Source of the DNA: an uncultured delta proteobacterium
GTDB lineage: Bacteria > Myxococcota > Kuafuiibacteriia > Kuafuiibacteriales > Kuafuiibacteriaceae
Direction of reading: 5' to 3'
Length of the DNA: 64,000 nucleotides
Assembly: GCA_963803435.1 (NCBI GenBank)
Contig: CAWDML010000009.1
Location: 608,001-672,000 of the forward strand
A program made the position numbers and the translations under genes. Within the stretch, counting starts at the first letter, position 1, and every line of letters starts with the position of its first letter. This document shows, piece by piece, positions 21,444 through 31,440 of the stretch. The notes below the pieces were generated by a model that did no database searches, had not been told where the DNA came from, and saw nothing but the letters and a program-made list of their open reading frames with translations.

Positions 21444-24400
21444 ATGAGCGGCGGCGACAAGGATCCCTCGGGCACCAAGAAGGACCGGCCGGCCACCGTT
21501 CCTGCGAGCGACATCGCCACCGACTCCTTCGGCGATACGCTGCGGACCAGCGATCTGTCGGCGCAGCTGGGACACGAGTTTCCGACCGTGGATCCGGAGG
21601 CCTACGTGATCGGCGACGAGTTCGCGCGCGGCGGCCTGGGCCGGATCCTCGAGGCCCGGGACAAGCGGCTCAAGCGGCTGGTCGCCGTCAAGGAGCTGCT
21701 CACCCGCGAGCCCCGGGCCGAGGCCCGCTTCATCCGCGAGGCGCTCATCACGGCGCGGCTCGAGCACCCGAACATCGTGCCGATCCACGAGGCCGGCCGC
21801 TGGCCCGACGGCAAGCGCTTCTACGCGATGAAGCTCGTCGAAGGCCGCACGCTCAGCGCCGCCCTCGAGCATGCGAGCACCAAGGAGGAGCGCCTCGCGC
21901 TGCTGCCGCACGTGATCGACGTGGCGGACGCCGTCGCGTATGCGCACTCCGAGGGCGTGCTGCACCGCGACCTGAAGCCCTCGAACGTGCTGGTGGGCGC
22001 GTTCGGCGAGACCGTGCTGATCGACTGGGGCCTCGCGAAGGACCTCCAGGATCCATCCGACAGCCTCGATACGATGCCTGTGGTGCCGGCGGTCTCGACG
22101 CTCCGCACCGGCGACGGGATCGTGGTGGGCACGCCGCCGTACATGGCACCCGAGCAGGCGGCGGCGCGTCCGCTCGACGAGCGCGCGGACGTCTACTCCA
22201 TCGGTGCCATGCTCTATCAGGTCCTCTCGGGTTGCCGGCCCTACGACGAGGTGGAGCCGCACCTGATCCTGCGCGAGGTGGTGACCCGTCCACCGCGCGC
22301 GCTGCGCGAGCTGGCGCCCGAGGTGGCGCCCGACTTGATCGCCATCGTGGAGAAGGCGATGTCGCGCGATCCCGACGACCGCTATCCGTCGGCGCGGGAG
22401 ATGGCGGAGGAGCTGCGGCGCTTCACGGCGGGACAGCTGGTGGTCGCCCATCAGTACTCGCCCTGGGAGATCGTCCGCCGCTTCCTGCGCCGCCAGATCG
22501 CGGCGGTGGCCACCGCCCTCCTGGCGATGGCGCTCTTGCTGGCGGGCACGGTCTGGAGCCTGGAGAACATCAAGAGCGAGCGGAACCAGGCGCAGGCGAA
22601 CGCGGAGCTGGCGCGCGCCCAGGTCGAGCAGCTCAAGCTGGAGAAGGCGCGTGCGCTGCTCGACGTCGACCCGACGCTCGCGCTCGCGTGGGAGAAGGAG
22701 CTCGAGGCTCCGCTCCCGGGCGCCGCTTCGATCGCGTCCGAGGCGATCGATCGAGGCGTGGCGCGCCACGTGCTCGATGGCCACGTCGATCGCGTGCTGA
22801 TGGTGCGGGTCTCGCCGACGGGCGATCGCATCGCTTCGTCGAGCGACGACGGCACGGTGCGCCTGTGGGATCCCGCCACCGGCGCGAGTCAGAGACTGAG
22901 CGGCCACGCCGCGCGCGTCTCGGCGATCGCGTTCTCGCCCGACGGTCGCCGGCTGGCCAGCGGCAGCCACGATCACACGGTGCGGATCTGGGACGTGGCG
23001 ACGGCGACCTCGGTCGTGCTCACCGGACATGAGGGCGGCGTGATGCACGTGGCCTGGTCCCCGGACGGGCGCTGGGTCGCGTCGAGCAGTGAGGACGAGA
23101 CCGTGCGCGTCTGGGATCTGCGGGGACAGACCCCTGCCCCCGCGCCGTTTCGCATCTTCCCGGCGCCGGACGCCACCCGCAACGTGATCTCGGCCTTCTC
23201 GCCGGACGGCCGCTGGCTGGTCACCGGCGGTCACGGCGCAACGATCGATCTGTTCGACGTGGAGAGCGGGGCGCGCACGCGGCTGACGGGGCACAGCGGC
23301 GAGGTCACCCACGTAGCGTTCGCACCGGACGGTCGCACGTTCGCCTCCGCGAGCGAGGACGGCACGGTACGGATCTGGTCGGTCGCGAACGGGAGCGCGC
23401 AGGTGTTCGACGGTCACGAGGGCGCGGTGCTCTTCGTGGCCTACGCCCCCGACGGCGCGACGCTCGCCTCGGCGGGGCTCGACGGGACGGTCCGCCTGTT
23501 CACGCGGGAGGGCCGGCCGATCTCGGTGTTGCGCGGTCACTCCGAGCGCGTGCGCGAGCTGGCGTTCTCGCCGTCGGGAGGCCGCCTCGCCTCGGCCTCG
23601 TGGGATCACACGGTCCGCGTCTTCAATCTCGAGAACGGTGAGAGCCAGGAGCTGCTCGGTCACACCGAGTTCGTCGCCTCGGTCGACTTCGCGCCCGACG
23701 GCCGGCTGCTCGCCTCCGGCTCGTGGGACCATACGGTCCGGGTGTGGATGCTGGAGGCGTACCGGCGGCGCGTGCTTCGCGGCCATCGCGTCGGGGTGCA
23801 CGCGGTCGACTTCTCACCCGACGGCCAGCGCATCGCCTCGGGCGGGCACGATGACGCGGTCCGGATCTTCGATCTGGAGACGGGTCGAAGCCGCGCCTTC
23901 CTCGGTCATCGCGACCACATCTTCCGCGTGCTGTTCTCGCCGAGTGGCGAGCAGGTGGCGAGCTCGAGCGACGATCGGACCGTCCGCCTCTGGAACGTCG
24001 CCGACGGCAGCAGCATGGTGCTGACGGGGCACCAGGCCGACGTGGAGGAGCTCGCGTTCTCGCCCGACGGCAAGCGGCTGGCATCGGCGGGGGAAGACGA
24101 CGTCGTCCGCCTCTGGGACACGGTGAGCGGCGCCTCGATCGCCCTCACCGGGCATCGCGCGGCCGTCACCGCGGTGGCGTTCGATCCGTCGGGTGCGCAC
24201 CTGGTGTCCGCCAGCCGCGACGGCACCGCCCGCATCTGGCCCATGGCGGGCGGCGACCCGGTCGTGCTCTCGGGACACGACGACGAGGTCTGGGACGCGG
24301 TCTTCTCTCCCGACGGTCGCACAGTGGCCACCGCCTCCGTCGACGGGTCGCTCCGGATCTGGTCGCTCGAGGGCGCGAAGGTCCGGGCCTACGACGGCCT

Positions 24401-24800
24401 GGGACGCATGAGGCTGGTGGCCTTCTCCCCCGACGGCGAGCGCATCGCCGTGGGCGGCGAGAAGCTGTGGCTGTGCGGGCGGCGCTCGACGGTGTGCCGG
24501 CTGGTCGTCGGCCATCACGCGGAGGTGCTCGACCTCGCGTTCAACCGCGCGGGCTCGCTCGCGACCGCCTCGGCCGACGAGACGGTGCGGCTGTGGGATC
24601 CGAGCACGCTCGAGTCCCACGTCCTGCGGGGTCATCGCGCGGCCGTGTTCGACGTCGCCGTCTCGCCGAAAGGTGATCGGGTCGCCTCGGCGAGCGGAGA
24701 CGCCGACGTGCGGATCTGGCCCTTCGTGCTGCCACCGAAGCCGAGCGAGCTGTCCTCGTGGCTGTCAGCCACGACGTCGCTGACGGTCGAGGACCCGTGA
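21444..24800 (+). CDS. Ser/Thr protein kinase with TM helix and WD40 beta-propellers
   Basis: VAVK, HRDLKPSN, DWGLAK, GTPPYMAPE; hydrophobic helix; roughly 14 GH...WD repeats. Confidence 0.93.
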   Translation: MSGGDKDPSGTKKDRPATVPASDIATDSFGDTLRTSDLSAQLGHEFPTVDPEAYVIGDEFARGGLGRILEARDKRLKRLVAVKELLTREPRAEARFIREALITARLEHPNIVPIHEAGRWPDGKRFYAMKLVEGRTLSAALEHASTKEERLALLPHVIDVADAVAYAHSEGVLHRDLKPSNVLVGAFGETVLIDWGLAKDLQDPSDSLDTMPVVPAVSTLRTGDGIVVGTPPYMAPEQAAARPLDERADVYSIGAMLYQVLSGCRPYDEVEPHLILREVVTRPPRALRELAPEVAPDLIAIVEKAMSRDPDDRYPSAREMAEELRRFTAGQLVVAHQYSPWEIVRRFLRRQIAAVATALLAMALLLAGTVWSLENIKSERNQAQANAELARAQVEQLKLEKARALLDVDPTLALAWEKELEAPLPGAASIASEAIDRGVARHVLDGHVDRVLMVRVSPTGDRIASSSDDGTVRLWDPATGASQRLSGHAARVSAIAFSPDGRRLASGSHDHTVRIWDVATATSVVLTGHEGGVMHVAWSPDGRWVASSSEDETVRVWDLRGQTPAPAPFRIFPAPDATRNVISAFSPDGRWLVTGGHGATIDLFDVESGARTRLTGHSGEVTHVAFAPDGRTFASASEDGTVRIWSVANGSAQVFDGHEGAVLFVAYAPDGATLASAGLDGTVRLFTREGRPISVLRGHSERVRELAFSPSGGRLASASWDHTVRVFNLENGESQELLGHTEFVASVDFAPDGRLLASGSWDHTVRVWMLEAYRRRVLRGHRVGVHAVDFSPDGQRIASGGHDDAVRIFDLETGRSRAFLGHRDHIFRVLFSPSGEQVASSSDDRTVRLWNVADGSSMVLTGHQADVEELAFSPDGKRLASAGEDDVVRLWDTVSGASIALTGHRAAVTAVAFDPSGAHLVSASRDGTARIWPMAGGDPVVLSGHDDEVWDAVFSPDGRTVATASVDGSLRIWSLEGAKVRAYDGLGRMRLVAFSPDGERIAVGGEKLWLCGRRSTVCRLVVGHHAEVLDLAFNRAGSLATASADETVRLWDPSTLESHVLRGHRAAVFDVAVSPKGDRVASASGDADVRIWPFVLPPKPSELSSWLSATTSLTVEDP

Positions 24801-26929
24801 TACGGTCGGCCGTGGGGTGGCCGGAGGAGCGTCGGGCGGACGGGGACGTGGGCGCACAGCATGATCTCGAATCGGTCGTCCGACACTTCGCCGAACCGCG
24901 CGAGCTCTCGATCAAGCTGCTCGCCACCTGCGAGGAGGCGCACGGCAACCCGTTCGGGGCCGAGCTGCGCGCGTGGATCCGTCTCTTCGAGGCCTACGAG
25001 CTCGAGGTCTCCGACCCGGCGTCCGCGGAGCTTCGCATGCCTTCGATGCGGCCGACGCTCCGGGCGCTGATCGAGCAGCAGGGCGCCTCCTGGATCGCCG
25101 ACTTCATCGGGTGCTTCACGGCGAGCACGGTGGTGATCCAGCAGGACGAGATGAGCTATCTCGCGTCCTGGCACAGCACGTCCGGCGGTCAATCCAAAGT
25201 CTTCTACTTCCACCCGAACGACTGGGGTCTGTGGCCGACGGAGGGCTCGCTCCTGGCGCGGCTCTACCGGCTGCTCCAGGAGGAGGAGCGCGAGCGCTGG
25301 GAGGAGGACGCGTCCATCGAAGCGCAGGTGCTCCTGCTCGAGCGCGAGGCGAGACAGGAGAAGCTCTCGCCGCACCTCGATCCGGCGTCGCTGTTCCCGC
25401 GCGTCGACTGGCTGGTGCACGCGCTCCTGGGCGTCGGACGCGATCTGGGCCGCGAGCTGGTCCGTGCCGCGCCGCTCGGGCAGTGGAAGAAGGAGCGGCC
25501 TCTCCTCGAGGGCGCCCCGCACCTCGCCACCTACTGGATCTGGTCGCACTACCTGCTCGACAACCAGGAAGCGCTCGAGGATCTGCTCGAGGTCACCGCC
25601 GGCGAGAGCAACGGTGTGTTCGCCGACGCCCGTGAGCTGGTGGTCGCGCTGGTGGACGGAAAGGCGACGAGGCTCGGCGATCGCAACAACGCCGCCTTCG
25701 CCGAGCTCAAGCAGAAGATCGAGGCGGCGGCGCCGGTCGGGGTCTTCGGTGAGGAAGCCCTGGCGCGGCGCAAGCGGCGCGAGGAGGAGGCCGAGTCCCG
25801 CGGTGGCCCCGAGGCGGCGGCGCTGTCGGTGCTGGAGGCGCGCGCCCAGAGCGAGCCGCGGATCGCGGAGGCCCTCCGACTGCTCGACCACCTCTCGCGC
25901 GGCGGCGCCCATCGTCCCCAAGCCACGCAGTCGGTCCCGCTCGATGCGGACGCCGCGATGGCCCGCCTCTACGAGCTGGTCGACCCGCGGTTTCGCGATC
26001 TGATCGAGGCGCGCGTCCGCCGGACCGCCCTGTTCGCCGACACCCATCGGGAGGCCTCCTGGGGGCTCCTGCTCGCGTGGGCCGCCGTCGCCGAAGACCT
26101 GGCGGACTTCGAAGCGCTGCTGGAGAAGGCCGGGACCAAGAACCTGGGACCGAGGCGCATGACCGAGCTCTACCGTGCGTACGCGACCTTCTCCGATCGC
26201 CGCGCGACCGAGATCCTCGCGCTCGGCGCGACGCAGTGGATCGACGATGTCGAGGACTGGATCCGGATGACGCCGAGCGAGCCCGTCCTGCGCCTGCTGG
26301 AGCGCGACGTGCTCGAGACGCACCAGATGATGGCGGGGCTGCTCGAGCGTGCCAGCTTCTCCGGCGCCAACTGGGAGGTCTGTGTCCGGGTGGCGTGCGC
26401 CGCCGGCGAGCTCCGATCGACGCGTGCGGTCAAAGGCCTCGAGCGCGCCGTCGACAAGCAGCTCGGCCGCATCGACGACGGCACGCGGGCCGAGGTGGTG
26501 CGCGCGCTCTATCTGGCGGCCGGAACCAGCGCGCGCGCGTTCCTGGAGAAGCAGGCGGAGCGAAAGATCGCTGCGATCCGCTACGCCGATCCCGCGGACG
26601 TGCCGCTGCTCGAGAAGGATCTGGCGTGCCTGCTCTCGGGCCTGCTCCCGGCGGCACCCGACGACGAGCACGTGATCCGGCAGGCTTCGGAGCTCCTCGG
26701 CGCTCTGGTGTCGACGATCGAGCGGGCGGGCCGCCGGCTCCAGCTGGAGGGGACGATCGCGGCCGCCGAAGCGATCGTCCGCGGCGCCGCGCTCGGTGAG
26801 GTGCGGGCGCTCTCGGGTCGTGTCGCCGAAGTGGCGTCGCTGTCGGCCCCCGACCGCGGACCCGCCGCTCGCAAGATCGAGGCGCTGGCCGCGCTGGCGC
26901 GCACGGTGGCCGCGGATCTCTCGGCGTGA
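24797..26929 (+). CDS. Hypothetical alpha-helical protein; possible SUKH/SMI1-like N-terminal segment
   Basis: Long GC3-biased ORF; GTGA overlap with the kinase stop; QSKVFYFHPNDWGLWPTEGSL segment. Confidence 0.6.
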   Translation: MIRSAVGWPEERRADGDVGAQHDLESVVRHFAEPRELSIKLLATCEEAHGNPFGAELRAWIRLFEAYELEVSDPASAELRMPSMRPTLRALIEQQGASWIADFIGCFTASTVVIQQDEMSYLASWHSTSGGQSKVFYFHPNDWGLWPTEGSLLARLYRLLQEEERERWEEDASIEAQVLLLEREARQEKLSPHLDPASLFPRVDWLVHALLGVGRDLGRELVRAAPLGQWKKERPLLEGAPHLATYWIWSHYLLDNQEALEDLLEVTAGESNGVFADARELVVALVDGKATRLGDRNNAAFAELKQKIEAAAPVGVFGEEALARRKRREEEAESRGGPEAAALSVLEARAQSEPRIAEALRLLDHLSRGGAHRPQATQSVPLDADAAMARLYELVDPRFRDLIEARVRRTALFADTHREASWGLLLAWAAVAEDLADFEALLEKAGTKNLGPRRMTELYRAYATFSDRRATEILALGATQWIDDVEDWIRMTPSEPVLRLLERDVLETHQMMAGLLERASFSGANWEVCVRVACAAGELRSTRAVKGLERAVDKQLGRIDDGTRAEVVRALYLAAGTSARAFLEKQAERKIAAIRYADPADVPLLEKDLACLLSGLLPAAPDDEHVIRQASELLGALVSTIERAGRRLQLEGTIAAAEAIVRGAALGEVRALSGRVAEVASLSAPDRGPAARKIEALAALARTVAADLSA

Positions 26930-26944
26930 GCGCCGGCGTTCTGT

Positions 26945-26962
26945 TTTGACACCCTCGTCAAA
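26945..26962. promoter_or_regulatory. Inverted repeat TTTGAC-N6-GTCAAA containing TTGACA; candidate operator/promoter
   Basis: Perfect 6-bp arms in an AT-richer intergenic gap upstream of the 27040 gene. Confidence 0.3.
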
Positions 26963-27039
26963 GACAACGACCTCCGCCCCTCATCCATTCGTGAATCCAG
27001 CTACTTATGCCTGGATCAGCTGTTGCTTTGGGTGGCTCC

Positions 27040-28737
27040 ATGTCGCTTCCCGCCTCACTGGACGCTCTGTCGCCCCGAACGACCGCGGCAGGTCGCGCCG
27101 CGCCGCGGACCGAGTCGGGCCCCACCGGCGCCGGCGTGGGCCAGTCCGTCCGTCGGGGGCTCGGTGCCGTCGATACGGAGCGCCGTACCCAGATCCAGCA
27201 CCTCGAACAGCTCTTCGAGCGCGCCGAGATGCGCCGGCGCGAGCGGCGCGACACGCCCGCCGAGCGGATGCTCGCCCTGTCCCGGGCGCTCGCCTCGCCG
27301 GAGGACCAGAAGGCCCGCGGGATCATCCGCCGGGAGATCGCGCTGAGCGTTCCGCGCCTGGGCCTGGTCGCCTTCGTCCGCAGCCACGGACATAGCAAGC
27401 AGCCTCTCACCCTCGTCTCTGCCCTCCTGGGCAGCGGCCTGATCAAGCGCGCCAACGAGCTGCTCGGGCAGTCGATGGTCGATGTGCGGGTGCTGCCGCG
27501 GCTGTCGGCGGCGTACGGCGCCGCGGCCCGAGACCTCCGCCACTTCGGGATCGAGGCGCGGATCATCCGGACCGCGTACGACGGCGTCGAGCTGGGCGTG
27601 ATCGGCGACCTCGACGACGCCGGTCTGGCGACCATCCACGAGATCCTCGAGCGGCGCGTCCGCCAGGTCCTCGAAGGCTTCCACCTCGCGCTCGACATCC
27701 AGCTCGCCGATCTCGACTTCGCGATCACGGTCGGCGCGGCGGCGATCGTCGACACCACCTTCCCCGCGCTCCTCACTGCGCACATGCGGGCCGGCGGGGC
27801 CGCCAAGGCGGCGCGCGTGAGGGGCGGAAGCTGCTCTCACTCGGTCGACCTCGCCCTCGAGATCCTCGGCGACTACCGTCGCTGGGTCGAGTCGTCCGGC
27901 GTCACCAAGATCGCGGGCATGCCCGCGGTGACGTACGATCCGGTGGGCGGGCGGATGCGCATCAACCTCGAGCTGCTCTCGGCGCAGCGCGCCGGTACGC
28001 TGCCGCTCGCGATCACCCGCCGGCTCGCGCCCGTGCGCGCCGCGCTCAACGTGCTCGACTGGGTCTACTATCAACGGTCCGACCGCTGGGCCGAGGACGC
28101 CGGACGCGCCGCGCGCGCGCTCGAATGGATCGATCGTCTCGGCGAGGCCGAGCCCCTCTCGCCCGCGCAGCGCGACGGCCTCGAAGCGTTCCTGGTCGAG
28201 ATCCACCCCCGGCTCGCGTTCGTGCGCGCCGCCGCCGAGGGGCCGTGGACCACGTTCGTCGTCGACATGAAGAAGCTCGGTCCGCGCGGGCTGTCCATCT
28301 GCGAGCGCGTCGCGCGCCAGCTCCTCGAGCGCGACCACGTCGGGGACGACGATCTCGATCTCGCCCGCATCCGCCAGAACGATCTCATCCAGGATCTCAA
28401 GCAGGTCCTCGACGTCGCGGTGGAGACCGTGCGGGCCCGCGCCGGGGAGGGCGCCCAGATCTTCGCGGCCAAGGGTGGTGACGACGTGATCATCGGCGTG
28501 CGCACCCGAGGAGCCGCGCTCCCGAAGTCACTGCGCTGGGGGATCGCGGCGGTGCTGGCCACGCTCCCGGGCGTGCGCGTGGGCTCCGGTGAGAGCTCGG
28601 GCGTGCCGGCGCAGATCGACCAGGACATCGGGCTGCTCGAGCAGCAGGTGTCGTCCACGCTCAAGAAGGTCGAGCGGTTGGATCGTCCCGGCTGTTACTT
28701 CCTCGACCAGAATCGAGTGGTGACGGTGGCGCTCTGA
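27040..28737 (+). CDS. Hypothetical protein with probable tandem GGDEF-like/GGDD palm domains
   Basis: IKRANELLGQSMVD and FAITVGAA...AAKAARVRGG (GGDEF-like); FVVDMKKLG, FAAKGGDDVIIG, VRVGSG (GGDD palm-like); alternative start 27007. Confidence 0.55.
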   Translation: MSLPASLDALSPRTTAAGRAAPRTESGPTGAGVGQSVRRGLGAVDTERRTQIQHLEQLFERAEMRRRERRDTPAERMLALSRALASPEDQKARGIIRREIALSVPRLGLVAFVRSHGHSKQPLTLVSALLGSGLIKRANELLGQSMVDVRVLPRLSAAYGAAARDLRHFGIEARIIRTAYDGVELGVIGDLDDAGLATIHEILERRVRQVLEGFHLALDIQLADLDFAITVGAAAIVDTTFPALLTAHMRAGGAAKAARVRGGSCSHSVDLALEILGDYRRWVESSGVTKIAGMPAVTYDPVGGRMRINLELLSAQRAGTLPLAITRRLAPVRAALNVLDWVYYQRSDRWAEDAGRAARALEWIDRLGEAEPLSPAQRDGLEAFLVEIHPRLAFVRAAAEGPWTTFVVDMKKLGPRGLSICERVARQLLERDHVGDDDLDLARIRQNDLIQDLKQVLDVAVETVRARAGEGAQIFAAKGGDDVIIGVRTRGAALPKSLRWGIAAVLATLPGVRVGSGESSGVPAQIDQDIGLLEQQVSSTLKKVERLDRPGCYFLDQNRVVTVAL

Positions 28738-28768
28738 GCGGCCGAGCTGATAAACACATCTCTCGACG

Positions 28769-29311
28769 ATGACGCGCGGGCTTTTGGTGCTCCTCCTCCT
28801 CCTCCCGTTCGCCGACGCCCACGCGGCCGGTACGGAGCAGCTCGCCGTCGGGGACGAAGCCCCCCAGTTCGTCCTGAAGGCGCTCAACCCGAAGCAGTCG
28901 AACATGACGACCTTCGCGCTCCGTAAGTTCGTCGGTGTGGACGCCACCGAGCCGAAGCGCGCCGTCGTCCTCAGCTTCGCCGCCTCCTACTGCGAGCCCT
29001 GCAAGCGGGAGCTCGGCGAGCTCAAGAAGCTCGAGGCCAAGCTGGGCGCGTCGAACGTGGTCCTCGCGGTGGTGGTGATCGACACGGAGGCCGAGGGTAT
29101 CGAGAAGATGCGCAAGCTGACCGTCGAGGAGCTCGGCCTCACGTATCCCGTGCTCACCGACCGCTTCGGCGTCCTCGCCAAGCGGTACCACGCGAGCATG
29201 CTGCCGATGACCGTGGTCGTGAAGCCGGACGGGAAGATCAAGTGGTTGAGCTCCGGCTTCCGCGAGGGCGCGATCGACGCGCTCCTCGGCGAGCTCGCGA
29301 TCGAGAAGTGA
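28769..29311 (+). CDS. TlpA/ResA-like thiol-disulfide oxidoreductase, exported
   Basis: Signal peptide; VGDEAPQF; FAASYCEPCKREL CxxC; LPMTVVV cis-Pro motif. Confidence 0.88.
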   Translation: MTRGLLVLLLLLPFADAHAAGTEQLAVGDEAPQFVLKALNPKQSNMTTFALRKFVGVDATEPKRAVVLSFAASYCEPCKRELGELKKLEAKLGASNVVLAVVVIDTEAEGIEKMRKLTVEELGLTYPVLTDRFGVLAKRYHASMLPMTVVVKPDGKIKWLSSGFREGAIDALLGELAIEK

Positions 29312-29312
29312 C

Positions 29313-30875
29313 TCAAAAGCTGACGTCGATGGGCCCGATCCCGAGCGGCGGCTCCCCGCTGTCCTTCGTCAGCACGATCGCGGTGACCGTGCCCGCGGCG
29401 GCCACCGCGACGCCCGCCGCCACGGCCCAGACCCACCAGGGGATGGCGACCGCGGGCAGGTGCTCGCCCCGCTCGATGGGGAGCGACACCGGGTCGGGAT
29501 CGCCGAAGCTGTCGATCACCACGCCCGAGAGGTCGCGGAGGAACACCTTCACCAGGATCTGACCGGTGTAGGTCTCCATGTTGCCGGTGTCCTCGATCGT
29601 GCCGGCGAGCTCGCGCCGTCCATTCCTCTCAGTGGATCGGGGTCGGTCGGCCGCGAACATGGCGCCGCCGCTGCCCCAGATCTGGAGGTCGCCACCCTCG
29701 ACGAGGCCGAACGGATCGCCGCCGATGTCGGCGACGACGCGATAGACCAGCCCGTGCTCGCCCTGATCGCGCAGCACGTGGACCTCGGTGATCCGGATCG
29801 GCTCGGTGCAGGGGCTCCTCGCCTGCGCCTCGCGGAACGCGGCCGCCAGCGCGCGGACCGGCACCGTCGAAGGCAGGCCCGGCTCAGCGCAGAGCGCCTG
29901 CCCGAAGGTCCGCTCGGAGAGATCGGTGCGCCCGCGGGCCCGCTGGATCGCGCCGAGCATCTCGAGGGCCTCGGCCAGCTCCCGCCTCTCGAGGTGTCCG
30001 TTGTTGCGCAGCTTCACCAGCATGCCCTCGGCGTCGTCGAGCCGGAGGTTCCCGAGGGCCTTTTCTGCCAGGGCGAGGGCGTCACCGGTGGTGAGCCCGT
30101 CGATCGCAGCCGCCGTCTGGGACGGTCCGCTCGGTCCCTGGGTGAGGCCGCCGACCGCACGGATGGCCGCCGTCTCGAGGCTCGGATCGCTGGCGTGGGC
30201 CGCCGCCACCAGCCGGCGGCGCGCCAGCTCGGCCCGCAGGCGGTGGTGGAGAAACTGCGAGAAGTCGCTCAGGCGCTCGGGCGGGACGCGCGCCAGCGGA
30301 GGCGGCCGCGTGAAGCGATCGAGCCGCAGCTCGGCCGCCACCGGGCCGAGGTGCGGGAGCGCCTCCAGGGCGCGCGCCTGGTGGTGGTGATAGGCGAGGG
30401 CGTCGAGGGCGATCGCGTCGGCGGTGGGCGCCGGCGGCGTCACGCTGATCTCCCTGGACCAGCGCCTTCTTCGCCACGAGCCCGCCCTGGCGATTGCGGA
30501 TCTCCAGGGTGGCCTCGACCTTTGCCGTCCCGACCGGGCGCGCGGGTCCAACGACCAACGCATAGACGATCACCACCGCCCCTGGGCGTTGATCGATCAC
30601 CTCGACCCAGGGCGCGATGCCGAGCCCCTGGTCGGCGTGAACGCCGGTGGCCCGTCCCTCGAGCTCGCCGCGGGCGTCGTCGACCGGGAGCTCCGTGCGG
30701 ACGAGGAGCGTGTCGCCGGCGGCGATCGACAGCGTCGCCCGAGCGGGCACCGTTCGCTCGGTGCGGGCCTCGATCGCGAGGATGCGCTTCTCTTTCTCGC
30801 TCGCGGGCGCGTCGAGCTCGGCCCCCGTCTGTGCCACGAGCGCCAGCAGAGCCAGCACGCCGCGGAGAGTAGCAC
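29313..30875 (-). CDS. Hypothetical exported protein with TPR-like helices and C-terminal TM anchor; frameshift near 30450; start uncertain
   Basis: Signal-like VLALLALVAQ in one frame; TPR-like ALEMLGAIQRARGRTDLSERTFGQAL and IPWWVWAVAAGVAVAAAG in the next. Confidence 0.55.
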
Positions 30876-30912
30876 CTCGACTCCCGACCCTCGACTCAGT
30901 ATCGTGCGCGCA

Positions 30913-31440
30913 ATGGCGCGCCCTGTGGTCGCCGCGCTCGTGTTGGTGTCGGCGTGCGGAGGTGACGTGCGCTTTCGCCCGCTGGCGCTCGACGTTCAGG
31001 GCTTGTCCGGCCGCGCCGAGCGGCTGGTGGTGCTGGTCTTTCCGGCGAGCTCCGAGCAATCGTGCGCAGGCATCGATCTCGACAACGTTCGGTCGCTGGA
31101 CGCGCCCTTCTCGGCGGAGTGGGTCCGCAGCACGGACGGGAGCGCGCGCCACCTCGAGCTGCCGGCGATCGAGGAGCGCAGCGTCACCATCATCGCCTAC
31201 AGTGAAGATGCTCAGGGTATGCCGATTCAGCTCGGCTGTACCGAGGTCGACTTCGTCGACATCGAGTCGCCCGAGGCCTCGCTCCGACTGTCGATGCGCA
31301 TGGCGAGTCGATTCCGTATAGTACCCGCGTGCCCCAGTTCGGGCCCTTCGAGCTCGAGCGTTTGCTCGGTCGCGGTGGGATGGCGGAGGCGTTCCTCGGC
31401 TATCGAAAGAGCGATCCACGCCATCACCCGCTGGTCCTGA
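30913..31440 (+). CDS. Putative lipoprotein; true 3' end may be near 31320
   Basis: MARPVVAALVLVSAC lipobox; as called it overlaps the kinase by about 110 nt. Confidence 0.55.
   Translation: MARPVVAALVLVSACGGDVRFRPLALDVQGLSGRAERLVVLVFPASSEQSCAGIDLDNVRSLDAPFSAEWVRSTDGSARHLELPAIEERSVTIIAYSEDAQGMPIQLGCTEVDFVDIESPEASLRLSMRMASRFRIVPACPSSGPSSSSVCSVAVGWRRRSSAIERAIHAITRWS

Noticed and set aside
27040-28737. Type III CRISPR Cas10
   Set aside because: No HD domain, zinc finger, csm/cmr genes or array; only the palm-like motifs are shared.
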